Of a stretch of 64,000 nucleotides of DNA, positions 12,442 through 26,300 are shown one piece after another (positions within the stretch are counted from its first letter, which is position 1; every line of letters starts with the position of its first letter). The notes beneath the pieces are model-generated. The model had not been told where the DNA came from, made no database searches, and was given only the letters and a program-made list of their open reading frames with translations. Position numbers and translations under genes: made by a program. This DNA comes from Octopus bimaculoides (Eukaryota), in contig NC_069001.1 in assembly GCF_001194135.2 (NCBI RefSeq), forward strand, positions 37,597,379-37,661,378, in the 5' to 3' direction.

Positions 12442-15400
12442 TGTCGTCCCAAAGCAGTTCTCTGTTCCAAACCCAAACCATTTTCGACTCCCTCAGCTAT
12501 GGTCCCGCTCCAGAAGCCGATACCATCGTCCAGGTAATAATCAAATAGTTATTCTACATTTTTGATCTTTCTTCTTTGTCATTTTACAGTGTTTTGACTC
12601 AGTTTTACGAAGCTAGATTTGCGTTAATCATTCAATCGATCACTTAATCAGACATTTATTCGACTTAAAAAATGTTTTCGAATACTCTGACAAATGCATA
12701 AACTTGTATTAAATATGTAATAACTTTCTTTCTTCGTAAACTTTTTAAAAAGTTCGAGTGTTGTTTAAACTCCAGGTTAGTTTCTGATTGAGTCAACCTA
12801 TGAGATGAACAAAGACGTTCCAGACTCGACCAACCCGTTTTATATATATATATATATNNNNNNNNNNNNNNNNNNNNNNNNNNNNNNNNNNNNNNNNNNN
12901 NNNNNNNNNNNNNNNNNNNNNNNNNNNNNNNNNNNNNNNNNNNCTTTATCAAACGTGTCTTTTTTCAAGCCGATACGATCCAAGGCTTTTGACTGCTATT
13001 TTTAATTAGCAGATCGACCTCTGAGAGGCTCTCGTGTATAAAGTTGTCAATTGCAAGTTAATTAATGTCAAAGTCCGTTTGAGCTTGATTTTGTTTAACC
13101 CCAGGTCAGTCCTGATCAAACAGACAGACCTGTGATCAAAGTTATTCCAACCGTAACCACCTCGCCTGTTTTTGTTTTCTTTACCGTATCTACGACTACA
13201 TCAACCAATATGTCGTTTCTTTCTTTCTGACGACCTCGTAGAGGCTCCCTCGATGATTCGTCTCTCTTTGGGGCTAAAGTTGTGGTACAGTTTGGTACTG
13301 ATGGTGGCTAACAGAATTGGTTGGGATGCTGGATAAAATTCATTGCTGACACTTCGGTCGTTTTTTACTTTCATTCATTCAGGTTCGATAAAACAAATAT
13401 ATATAGGGGGTTCAGTGTGTGTGGGACATAGAATTTATATATATAAAAAAAAAACAAATGACGGTTCTTTACCAAGTGATCGTACCCCTTGTTTCCCTAA
13501 AACAGGGAGCAGACCGTTCAATATTGTTGCCCTAAATCGTTAACGGATCCTCGCTCTCCCCTGTTCTCTGGTGGAAATAAGCCTGACAAATAAATGCCCA
13601 ACATCAAAATATTTGGGTGTATACATTTTGCCCCTTTACCCCTGTATGAAAATAGCAGCCGAATAATTCCCATTTCTTTTGCGAGGGCGTTAGACAAGTT
13701 TAAATCTTTAAAACCATCTTGATTTTTATTTTAAACACAGCAGTTTGTTTACTGATTTTAAATTCTCTTAGCCCTCCATCTCCCACATGTTAGGTGGAGG
13801 CTGCCCCTTGTGAGAAACTCTGATGTATTCAATTACATACCCCTGGTTGCTCCTTCCCCCAAACTTTTTCGGGGTTAATGCTAGCATTAATAATTGTTTT
13901 CTAATCTAGACGTGAGGCCGGCAAAGAGGGTGTGTCAATGTCATTGATCCTGTAATTGACTGATACTTTATTTTATCGACTTCTGAAAGGATGGAATGCA
14001 AAGTTGACCACAGTGGAATTTGAACTCAGAACATAAAGACCCAGAAAAATACAATTTTATGGCGAAAAGTGCAAAATGCAAGCAACATTTCGTCTGTCTT
14101 TTAAGTTCTGAGTTAAAATTTCATCGAGGTCGTCTTTGCTTTTTATCCTTTCGAAGTCGATGTAATCGATTTGCCCCTCCTACCAAATTTTGGGCTATGA
14201 TAGAAATAATTATTATGGCGAAATGAAAGTGAACGTTCGTGACCTAGTGAAAAATAGTTACCATTTTAGTTTATCGGTTTTGTTTTGGCCAAACCTCCCT
14301 TACATCACTCCACATTGTCTTAAAAGAAGAACGTAAGCTAATTTGCACCTAGGTATAGTATGTCTGAATAAAGGATGGGATGCATAAATGCATATAATGC
14401 ATATAAACCGCTAGTTCGAGTGTTGTCAAGTAAAAAATCCCGTTCTATTGTTTGTAACAGGCTGTCGGAAATTACAATATCTGTCACACTTAATAACTCC
14501 ATCAGGAAGTGTTTAATGTCATATTTTTGATTTAATAAGAATTAACCCATTATATTCTCAAACAATCCCCACAGAAGTATAAAAGTTATTGATATAAAGA
14601 AATTGATTTGATCAGCCTTCGATGATCCGAAGTCTTTAACAAAAACAAATAACTCCGCTTTTACTTAATCCAGAACCTGTTGTTTTTACCGACGCTATTC
14701 TACATGCACGCCTTATGAAACATTTTCATTCTTTTTGATTTTTTTTCATTATCTTTTTACTTGTTTCAGTGTGCTTATTATTATTATTATTTTTTTTTTT
14801 TTTTTTTTGTTAAAGTCTGGTGCTTTTGTCTATCGATGTCATTTGCCGAACCGCAGAATTATGTAAACTAGTCAATTGTCAAGCGACCCATCAAAAAACG
14901 GCAGATTCATTATAAATATTATCCTTATAAATTTTTATTCTTTTATTTTTTCATTCATTTGACTGCGGCCATGCTGGAACATCGCCTTTAGTCGAACAAA
15001 TCGTCCCCAGCACTTATTCTTTCTAAGCGTAGTACTTCGTTCTGTTTTGCCGAACCGCTAAGTTACGTAGACGTAAACGCACCAACATCAGTTGGTGGGA
15101 GGACTAACACAGACACACAAACATATATATATAGAATAAATCGATATATCGAATTTGAAGTCTCTGTCTCTTTTGAATATGAAAATTTAAAAGTTTAAAA
15201 ATCTTATGATATAAATATAAACTGTGAGAACGACCCTTAAGGAATCTAATTAATGATCTCCTAAGGTAAGTTCTTATGCTATATTGGTAACGGTTGCCAC
15301 ATCCTCTGGAAAAAAATTATTATATATATATATATATATATAAATCTATGCCTCAAAAAAAAAAAACCTATAAAAGTAGAATATTCCCTTTTCTTCTCTC

Positions 15401-16530
15401 TCTCACCATATAATAATAATAATAATAATAATAATTGTCAAAACAGNNNNNNNNNNNNNNNNNNNNNNNNNNNNNNNNNNNNNNNNNNNNNNNNNNNNNN
15501 NNNNNNNNNNNNNNNNNNNNNNNNNNNNNNNNNNNNNNNNNNNNNNNNNNNNNNNNNNNNNNNNNNNNNNNNNNNNNNNNNNNNNNNNNNNNNNNNNNNN
15601 NNNNNNNNNNNNNNNNNNNNNNNNNNNNNNNNNNNNNNNNNNNNNNNNNNNNNNNNNNNNNNNNNNNNNNNNNNNNNNNNNNNNNNNNNNNNNNNNNNNN
15701 NNNNNNNNNNNNNNNNNNNNNNNNNNNNNNNNNNNNNNNNNNNNNNNNNNNNNNNNNNNNNNNNNNNNNNNNNNNNNNNNNNNNNNNNNNNNNNNNNNNN
15801 NNNNNNNNNNNNNNNNNNNNNNNNNNNNNNNNNNNNNNNNNNNNNNNNNNNNNNNNNNNNNNNNNNNNNNNNNNNNNNNNNNNNNNNNNNNNNNNNNNNN
15901 NNNNNNNNNNNNNNNNNNNNNNNNNNNNNNNNNNNNNNNNNNNNNNNNNNNNNNNNNNNNNNNNNNNNNNNNNNNNNNNNNNNNNNNNNNNNNNNNNNNN
16001 NNNNNNNNNNNNNNNNNNNNNNNNNNNNNNNNNNNNNNNNNNNNNNNNNNNNNNNNNNNNNNNNNNNNNNNNNNNNNNNNNNNNNNNNNNNNNNNNNNNN
16101 NNNNNNNNNNNNNNNNNNNNNNNNNNNNNNNNNNNNNNNNNNNNNNNNNNNNNNNNNNNNNNNNNNNNNNNNNNNNNNNNNNNNNNNNNNNNNNNNNNNN
16201 NNNNNNNNNNNNNNNNNNCCTATTATTGAATTTATATATATATCATCATCATCGTTTAACGTCCACTTTCCATGCTAGCATGGGTTGGACGGTTTGACTG
16301 AGGACTGGTGAAACCGGATGGCAACACCAGGCTCCAATCTAATTTGGCAGAGTTTCTACAGCTGGATGCCCTTCCTAACGCCAACCACTCAGAGAGTGTA
16401 GTGGGTGCTTTTACGTGTCACCCGCACGAAAACAGCCACGCTCGAAATGGTGTCTTTTATGTGCCACCCGCACAAGCCAGTCCAGGGGCACTGGCAACGA
16501 TCTCACTTGAAAATCCTACGGGAGCCAGTC

Positions 16531-16562
<32 letters not shown>

Positions 16563-17779
16563 ACATATATAAACTAATACATCCATTTGTTGTTTACACC
16601 ACCTGTTTTTGTCTGTTGTTTTTTTCATAAATTCTCCCATATATATATGTATGTGTATATGTACGTCTATTTGTGTATTTGCTAACATTCTAGTCACTAC
16701 CTCACTTTCATTTTTGTCTGGCTTAATCCTTCCTCAGCTTTGAGGGCAGTGCATAGTTTCCACAAATTTATGTCTTCTTTTTTTGTTTCCATAATATTGT
16801 AACCCATATAGTAATAATAATAATTTCACCTTTGGTGAAATTTACCTGGTGGAATTTTCCTACAATGGAATTTACCTAGAACCGTATATATATATATAAT
16901 TAATATAAACAGCAGTTTGGAATTTTTCACCAAACACGAGAATTATAATTGTCACTAAATGTGACTAAGGTGTTAAGAAACACGTACATTGCTAGAAATA
17001 AGAACTAAACTGCTATAATGCTGTAGTTTATAATGCTCTTATTTCTAGCAATGTAGTCACATTTAGTGACTATTTTGTACACACACACATATATACATAT
17101 AGATAGATATATACACACACACATATATATACACACACGCATATACATACACACGCACACACATAATATCATTATCTGCATTGTGTATGGCAATGACTTG
17201 CATATTTATTCTTAACACATTGTTGTGTATGTCACAAAACAACTTCTCATTTTTACGACAATAATGTGTTTATAATAAATATAAATCTGTTGCAATGGAT
17301 TATTAGCATGGACTCTCAGAAATTCTGAGTTAGTGTCCAACGTGCTGGAAGACCACTGAGAATGAGGCACCCCATAACTTTTGTTAAGGCATGTCCCCAG
17401 GAGAAGGTCACTCTGGTATAAAACAAGATGTGCAGGGAATGGCATTGAACATTTTGGAGATATTTTGCTTGCACTTGAAATCATGACACTTCCACATTCC
17501 CGAGCCTGCAACCCATGTTGGCACTGGATATCTTGCCCGGACTTGTCTCTAGATTGTGTCAGTAGGATCTGGAAGGTGCTGTGCAAGCCTTATTGGACCT
17601 AAATTTTTATGTTTTGCAACTATTTGATGCCTGGTTGTGTAGGAGGACGCCATGGCAAGCCTGGAAGCAGCAGATACCTGTGTGTATGAAGTTTCATGGT
17701 TTGATATTTGTATGTGCGATATTTTCTCATGGTGTGTTTGTGTGTCTATATGAAACTCCATTGTGGCTTGTTTCTATTA

Positions 17780-17826
<47 letters not shown>

Positions 17827-20318
17827 CCCTGTGGTGGCTTGTTTGTGTAAGCCGGCTGACACTTGACCTTTCAAATCCTGCCTAACAACTTGACCTATTC
17901 CCAGTATCAATGACTGTGCAGAGAGAGAGAGAAAGAAAGAGAGATACAATGAATGTTAGACTTTGTACAGTTATGTTTGAAGGGGAGTGGGAGGGAAGGT
18001 GTACGTTTGAGTGGAAACAGCTAAGGAGACTTAGATAAGGGCCTAGGGTTCCTCTGTTATCTTTTATTTGTTTCAATCATTAGACTGTGGCCATGCTGGG
18101 GCACCACCTTGAAGGGTTTGACCCCAATATGTATCTTTTTTTTTTTTTTTTTGAGCCTGGTATTTACCCTGTTCTTATGTTATGGGGACATATACACGCC
18201 CTCACCTATTGTCAGGCTGTTGTGGGGGCAAACACAGATACAAAGACACACACACATACAGTAATCCCTCGACTATCGCAGATGTTACATTCCAAAACCC
18301 TCCACAATAGATGAAAATCCACAAAGTTGAAACAGTACTGTACTCTTTTAATTATTTTTATAATTTGTATCTATTTATTTTATTATAAATGTAAAACAAC
18401 AACATGGAGGAATTGATGTAAGCTTAAATAATAAACCGCGATTGGTGAACTGTGACAGGTGAACCACAATATGGCAAGGGATTACTGTATATATAATGGG
18501 CTTCTTTCAGTTTTTCGTGTACTAAATCTGCTCACAAGGCTTTGGCCAGCCCAATACTATAGTAGAAGACACATGCCTAAGGTTCCACACAGAGGGACTA
18601 AACCCAGAACCATGTGATTGGGAAGTGAACGTCTTACCACACAGCCACACCTGCACCTCTATCAGATATAAGTTTGTATATATCAGGAAAAAAAAAAAAC
18701 AAGAAAAAAAAGCTGACAGATTCTGAGTTCAATTGCTATCACTGACACGAATTTCAAAGGTCGTCAATGATTGCCAACTTTTAACCCTTACATTACCATA
18801 TTTTTGTTGAAATACATTATTTTTGCTTCAGTTAATTTTGAAAATAATGTATTTGTCAAATTTTTGGTGGCTGTAAAATAAAAGGGGTCCCTTGTTGGAC
18901 GTATCCCTAGAAGTCTATGACAGGGCCGAGGTCAGTGACCATGTGAGATTATCGTATTAGTCCTTACCCCGACCCCCCACTCCTTACATCTCGTGAAGTC
19001 ATGGAACTATATGGAACTTTTTTTCTTTTACCCTTCCAGGAATGGTTAAATAAACATGAAAGGAAATTTGGACATTTCATTGACGGAGTGTGGGTTAAAC
19101 CAGAAGGACGAGAGACCGTTAACAGCACAAACCCTTCAACAGGTTTATGAACAAGTCTTACTTGAACCCTTTTGATACCGTCCTGCTTGGGACTGTCCCC
19201 TACCCCCTGTTTTAACTCCCAGCTTAAAGTGATTTATATTAAAACCTTCTTTCAAAACTGTGTTAATCTATGTTCTAAATCCAAGATTAATGATCACATT
19301 ATTATTTTTTTAATTCATTATTTTCAAAATTAAATGAAACAAAAGCAATGTATTTCAAACAAAAATATGCTAACAAAAGTGTTCAGCAGAATTTGTTAAG
19401 TTGATCTCTTTTATAGAATGGTGAACATTTGAACCAGATTTCTGGTTCCTTCCCTGCCAACTTACAAGCTTCTTAACTCTTTTAACCCTTTGGTGTTTAA
19501 GCCGGCCATATCCGGCCCAAATATCCGACATGATTTACATTCAGACTGGCCATATCTAGCCTCTCACACCTAACCTACAATGACATTCTAAGAATAAACT
19601 ATCACACCATCGAAATTTCAAAGCTGTAAGATAATGTATGATTAATTCAAAACAATTCGAGTGAAAAAAGTATTACATTTAATAGATTAATCTGAACACT
19701 AAAGGGTTAAGTACCATTCCTGTCCCTGATTCTATGATAGAAACTTCCTATTTTAAAATGATCTAAATTAAAACTTTCCATCAAAATTTCATGTTAATTT
19801 ATGTTCCAAACACTAACTTAATAATAGCTGTTATTTTACTAAATTCTTTATCGTTTTCAAAATTAATTGAAGCAAAGGCATTGCATGCTGATAGAAATAT
19901 GGTAACAAAAGGGTTAATATAATATATCTGAATGTGACAACTGGGGCTGCTGTCTGTAAAACTCCTGGTTTCTTGGTCTTTGAAAGTCTTCTGGCCATTT
20001 GTAAGAACTGGCTTTCCAATCTACAACAGAATTCCCTCTGTGGTTCACGAACAGACTTGAACCATGGTGTGTAAATCAATAACCCAAGGCTTGGTGCCAC
20101 ACTATTTGAATAGATTAAGGCCATATTCAGTAAATGTTCTGGTGCCATGGTCTTTCAAAGTTCAAGGACCATGGATTGAATTGACTGGTGTCATTAACCA
20201 TGATCAGTGAAAGCTTTGCTTCAGTGTGTAATAGAAGATACAGCACCAAGAACTGTGAGAGGACTAGTGCCAAAGTCTGTAGGAGATTTGGTACCAAGAC
20301 CTGAGAAAGTTCTGCTGC

Positions 20319-20357
<39 letters not shown>

Positions 20358-23300
20358 CCNNNNNNNNNNNNNNNNNNNNNCCCCCCCCCTCTCTCTCTCT
20401 TATGCAAAAAAAAAAAAGAAGTTTCTGATTAAAACTTTTCTCCTTGCTCTTTTCCACTTTCTATCTCTAGATGAAATTCTAGCCACAACCATCCAGGGTG
20501 TACAAGATGATGTTGAAGCTGTTGTTAAGGCTGCAAAGAAAGCCTTTACTTCATGGAGCACCCTGTCACCCCATACAAGAGCTCGTTATCTCTACAGGTA
20601 AGACAAAGCCCAACTCTATCTTCCCAGGACTACTGTTGTTATCGTTGCTACTTAACCCAGAATTGATCATAACTCTGATTTACCTGATCTGTGATGAGAC
20701 AATCCAGTCATGACCATCCAATCTTGTATTTTTCTTTGAAGATTGTAAGGTGTTATTTAATGGGTAGGGGTGTATGGCTGCTATTTCTAGCCTGTTGTAT
20801 GGGTATGAATCTGTGTGTTTCATTGTGTGTGCTTTTATGCATATCATGCAGTGTCTGAGGGCACTTTTGTGGGTGTCCTATTGTGTAAATCTGGTCTTCT
20901 GTGTGGCTGTAGTTTAACCCTTTCATTACCAACCTGGCTGAAACCGACTCTGGCTCTCAATACAAATGTCTTGTTTTCAAAGGTTCTGAATTAAAATCTT
21001 CCATCAAACCTTAGTCACAATTTATGTTCCTAACACTAGCTTAATGATAACTAAGTTATTTTACTAAATTCTTTGTTATATTTAAAATTAATTGAAAGAA
21101 ACACAGAGCATCTCGACAGAAATATGGTAACAAAAGTGTTAATGGGGGTGATTATAGTTTGTGTATGCTTTTGAGGTTGGCATCCTGTGCCTTTGTCCTT
21201 CTCGGTGTAGTTATGTGAATGTTGTTTTACAAATGTCAAACCATCCAAGTTTTATGCATTTTCATGGTTGCAATTGTTTGTTCTGATAAAACTTTTTATT
21301 TTCATTTCAGTATTGCAAGAAACATTCAGAAGCACCAGAAGTTGTTGGCGGTGCTGGAGAGCATGGATAATGGTAAACCATTCCGAGAGACTCGTGACTA
21401 TGATATTCCAACAGTTATAAACCACGTCTACCATCATGCTGGATGGGCTCAGCTGATGGACACCGAAATGAGGGGCTGGAAACCACTTGGTAAGGAACGT
21501 TATGAAAGTTCTTCTCTTTCAACTTTTGTAAATTCATTATTCAGGGCCAATTAATTTCGATACAAATACCTTTTCCTGCAGGTGTTGTCGTGGGCATTGT
21601 ACCATGGAATTTTCCACTGATGATCCTCATGTGGAAAGTATGTCCTGCCCTGGCAATGGGTAACACAGTCATCTTAAAACCAGCATCTTACACCCGGCTC
21701 AGCTGCCTCCTACTGGCTGAGATCTTTGCCCAGGCTGGGTTGCCTGCAGGTGTATTCAATGTTGTCACTGGCAACGGAGCATTTGGCAGCCGTTTAGCAG
21801 AACATATTGATGTTAACAAAGTAGCTTTCACTGGATCCACTGGCGTAAGCAACCAACCTTTTTGTTTTGTTTGTTCTAAGTTAATTTACATTTCAAATAT
21901 CAGCTTAAAAAATGACAATTATTTTACTAAATCCTTCATTATTTGTTGGAGTTGATCTCTAACTGTGGAGGGAACCTGTGGAAGAAGCAGACCCTGGAAG
22001 ACATGGGATGAGGTGGTGAAGCACGACCTTCAAACATTAGGCCTCACTAAGAGGATGACAAGTGGCTGAGACCTTTGGCGATTTGCTGTGCTTGATTAAT
22101 GTTTCTTAATTAATGTTTCAAACATCAGCTTCATAATGAGTGATTTTAGTAAATTTTTCATCATTTTCAAAATTAATTGAAATGAAGGCAGCAAAAGTGT
22201 TAAACTTTAGTGTTAAATTTATTAATTGGTTTCTTTCTTTCTCTCTTTCTAGGTTGGTCAGAAGCTGCGTCAATTGACCGCTGGAAGTGGCAAAAAGTTG
22301 TCACTGGAATTGGGAGGAAAATCTCCAGTGATAGTCTTTGAAAATGCTGACCTTGACAGTGCTGTGGAAGGTATAGTTGATGCCATATGGTTTAATCAGG
22401 GACAGGTAAGTGTCAATCTCTCTGTCTGTGCTCTTTATTTCGAGGTTAGGTGTAAGCATTTTATAAATTCACTGTAAAGATCCTTTCTAGATGTAAAAAT
22501 ATTGTAAAATACTCTCTGAAGATGAGGTGTTTGCATACATTTTTAAACAACATCCTCTCTACACATGTGTCTACTTTTCCATGTTTGCATGGGTCAGACA
22601 GAATTCGTTGAAGCAGATTTTCTCTGACTGGATGCTCTTCCTGTCACTAAATCTCACCTGTTTCTAAGTAACATGGTATTTCCCCATAGTCAGACATGTT
22701 TTCCATGATTTGAAGTGTTGATTCCTCTCTTGGTAAATTGTTCAATCACTCTGTTGACTGTGGCAAGAGGAATCTCAAGATTCTGTGCAATCTTATGCTG
22801 TCTAAGTCCACCTTCAGATTTACTCACAATATGCCCTCTTTGCTTCTGGTGTTCATGGCATGGCTTGTTGCTATAAACAATTAATATACTCATCATTTTA
22901 CTCACCATTTTACTCACCATTTTACTCATACATTGCAATACTTCAAACAAATTTTCTAACAATCAGTATACTGTAATCTGAAATGAAAACCGAATCGTAT
23001 AACATATATTATGAAGCAGCAGGGGTCTGATGTAATTGACTTAAATTGCTGGCCTTGTGCCAAAATTCGAAACTGATAATATTGTTTAGCTTAGATTTCC
23101 TTTCCTTAACTGTGGTTCTGTCTTCAGGTCTGCTGTGCCGGATCAAAGCTTCTTGTGCAAGAACCCATTTATGAAGAAATGATCAGCAGACTTAAGAAGC
23201 GGTTGGATTGTTTTCGGATAGGCTCTGGCCAGGACAAAGCCATAGATATGGGTGCCATTGTGAATGAGAGTCAAAGAAAAACTATTGATTCTTTTGTTGA

Positions 23301-26300
23301 AGAAGCAAGAAACGAAGGAGCCACGGTAAGTTTCGTGTTCCTGTTTCTCCCAGTTCCTTTATTCAGGACCATCAAAATATGCCTGTCCCCAATGAAATGG
23401 TACACCACAAGGGGCATCAAACTGTTCTTTGGATTTTTTTTTTCTTTGTTCTGCCTTGGCCCTTTCTCTTGTACTTTTGCCTCTCATCTCCCAGCATCAA
23501 GTTGATCCCTTTGGGGTTCATAGTTTTGCAAAGTGCATGACAGCCTCGCTCATGCTGGAGGCTGTGACTGAGTGTTTTCAATTAATCATGGATTATCTCA
23601 TAGCTTTGAGATTATGATGATGAAGATGAGATGGTTTATTTGTAGAATGAAATTATAGGGTAGATGGCAGATGCCAGATTTGGCCCCTTTGAACATAAAA
23701 CAGGTGGAATATTTTGGCCAGATATGGCCGGTTGGAATGCTAAAGGGTTAATAACACTACTGGTCCTTTGTGAATGATGTTCCATGACATATTTGTTCAA
23801 GGCTGAGTTACACACACTCCCTTGTTGCTCCTAGCATCAGAAATGGAACCACCCTGTGATTTGTCCACTGTAAACCATTAACTAACAAAGGAATTGTTCC
23901 ACACCATCCTCCTCCTCATCATTTAAAGTTTGTTTTCCTTGCTGGCATGAGTCGGAGAGTTTGACAGGATCCAGTGAACCACAAGGCTGCATTGTATTCC
24001 ATGTCAAATTTGAGATGGTTTCTACAGCTGGATGCTTTTCCTGACACCAACCATTTTACAGAGTGCACTGCATATTATTTGTTGCACCAGCATTAGTGAG
24101 GTTGTCAAGTAATTTGCAACACAGGAAAGAACAAAGAAAAGGGAAATGACCTTTTGATTATGGTGGCAGCAGAAGGGGAGTATTTGAGGGAGTAGACAAA
24201 TGATTTTACTGTTTGTCATAAAATACGTAAGTAAATAAATAACTGAATAAATTGTAATTTCTTGAGCCATTTATTTCATTGTTTTCCAAATTCGTGCAGG
24301 TGTATCAACCATCGTTGACGATGCCAAACAAAGGATGTTTCTACCTACCCACCTTAATTACAGATGTCCAGACTGTCTCTAGAGTTGTTGAAGAAGAGGT
24401 AATTTTCTAGCAGTCTTTTATTCTTTTACTGGTTTCAGCCATTGGATTGTGGCCATGCTGGAGCAGCTCTTCCAACAATTTCAGAGGATCTCATCAACCC
24501 ACTTTGGTACCTATGCTAAGTTTCTGCTTTATACGTGAAGGGGCAAAACTCGATGCTGGTAACCCCCTGCAGAGACTCAGGTGCAACCATGTGCACACAC
24601 ACACAACAGGCTTCTTTCAGTTTTTGCCTACCAAATCTACTCTAACACTTTGGTCAGTTCGAGGCTATAGTAGAAGACACTTTCCCAAGATGCCATGCAG
24701 TGGGACTGAACCTAAATCCTTATGGTTGGAAAGCAAACTTCATAACCACTCATACATGTGTATGTGTGTGTGTATATATGTGTGTATATGTATGTATATA
24801 TATGTATGTGTGTTAGTGTATATATGTATGCATATATGCGTGTATGTATCTCTCTCTCTGTATATATTTGTGTGTGTGTGTGTGTGTGTGTGTGTACTCT
24901 TATTTCTCTGTATATTTGTAATTCTCTTCTGTTACTACAGATCTTTGGTCCTGTGCTGGTAGCCATGTCTTTCCGTACAGCAAAAGAAGCCATCAAATTG
25001 GCCAACAACACAATATATGGTCTTGGAGCGAGTGTGTGGACAGAAACCTCAGCTCTTGGTTTAGAAGTGGCATCAGCCATCCATGCCGGAACCGTCTGGA
25101 TCAACTGCCACAACGTGTTTGATGCGGCTGCTGGATTTGGAGGGTTTAAACAGAGTGGTTATGGACGCGATGGTGGGAAAGAGGTAAGTCTGAGGTAGGA
25201 ATGGGGTGGGGGTTGTGGTGAAGAGGGAAGACTGGTGTAGAGGTGGTGGGGGAAAATTGTAGTGAGGTGATGATGTAGTCAGGTAGTGATGATGATGGAT
25301 GATGTCATCTATTGCTAGAGAAGTAAGACTAGTTGTGCTGGTGGTGGTCTGATTGAACAGATCTGTGATCAAAGCTAATCTGGCCATGACCATCCTGTAC
25401 AAGGAACCCAAGCCAACATTATCCAGCATGTATTTGTTTTAAAGACTGTGGAAATGTGATTTGTGGGAGATTTGGCTGCTTTTTCTAGCAGGTCATGCAA
25501 CCCTGTAGAGCAGCAGTTATTTGATGCTTAGAAAGGTCTTGATTTTTATAATTAGGTATTATTAAGAAATGTATTGAAAAAACTTAAAATATTTTGTGTA
25601 TTGAAGAAATATAAGCATCTGGACCCCTGTTGTGAACCATTGATGTAGGGGATTCTTTGTAGAAGGGGTGGGGTGTAGGTGGGGATGTTCCCCTTGGGAG
25701 CATCTTAGATTATAGGCTTGCTGGATAAGAGATGATTTGGTGCTTTTTAAACACATCAGCAGTAAGGAAGACACATTAAATAATATATTCCTAGATACAC
25801 TGTGTCTGGATAAACAGCTTGTGAATGAGGTCTGAACTGGGCTGCTAAGCAATCGAAGGACACCTTAGATAATGTACTCTTAGATACATTGTGTCTGGAT
25901 AAAAGATGAAGTAGTCACAACTAGAACACCTGTAATGAAAGGTCTGTTGGATCAGGGTTGACCGGGGGCGTCCTAAATACCACCATCATCATCCTCATCA
26001 TTTAACATGCGTTTTCCATGCTGGCATGGGTTGGACAGTTTGACAGGAACTGGCAACGCTGGAGGACTGCACCAGGCTTCAGTCATCTATTTTGGTGTCT
26101 GGCGAGATGCCCTCTTTACAGAATGTACTGGATGCTTTTAATGTGGTGTCAGCACTATGTCTGAATAAAAGGGAGGATGGTCATTGCTGGGATCTTATTG
26201 ACAACTGCACTGGTATGGTCATGTGATGTGTATGGGCGAGGACAGCTGTGTAAAGAAGTGCTGATCTCTGAGTGTGGAGGGAACCTGTGGAAGAGGTAGA

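Noticed and set aside
15435-16229. Long ORFs made of X residues (also 42287-43364, 50239-52533, 56892-58007, 60386-60761)
   Set aside because: They are open only because of N gaps; real exons within them were mapped separately.
17300-17760. Stop-interrupted peptide with a C-x2-C pattern ([18 protein letters not shown]) resembling a Penelope GIY-YIG region
   Set aside because: The similarity is too weak to call without an HMM search.
22900-22932. TTTACTCACCAT x3 and other short direct repeats as a CRISPR-like array
   Set aside because: These are spacerless tandem duplications in eukaryotic DNA.
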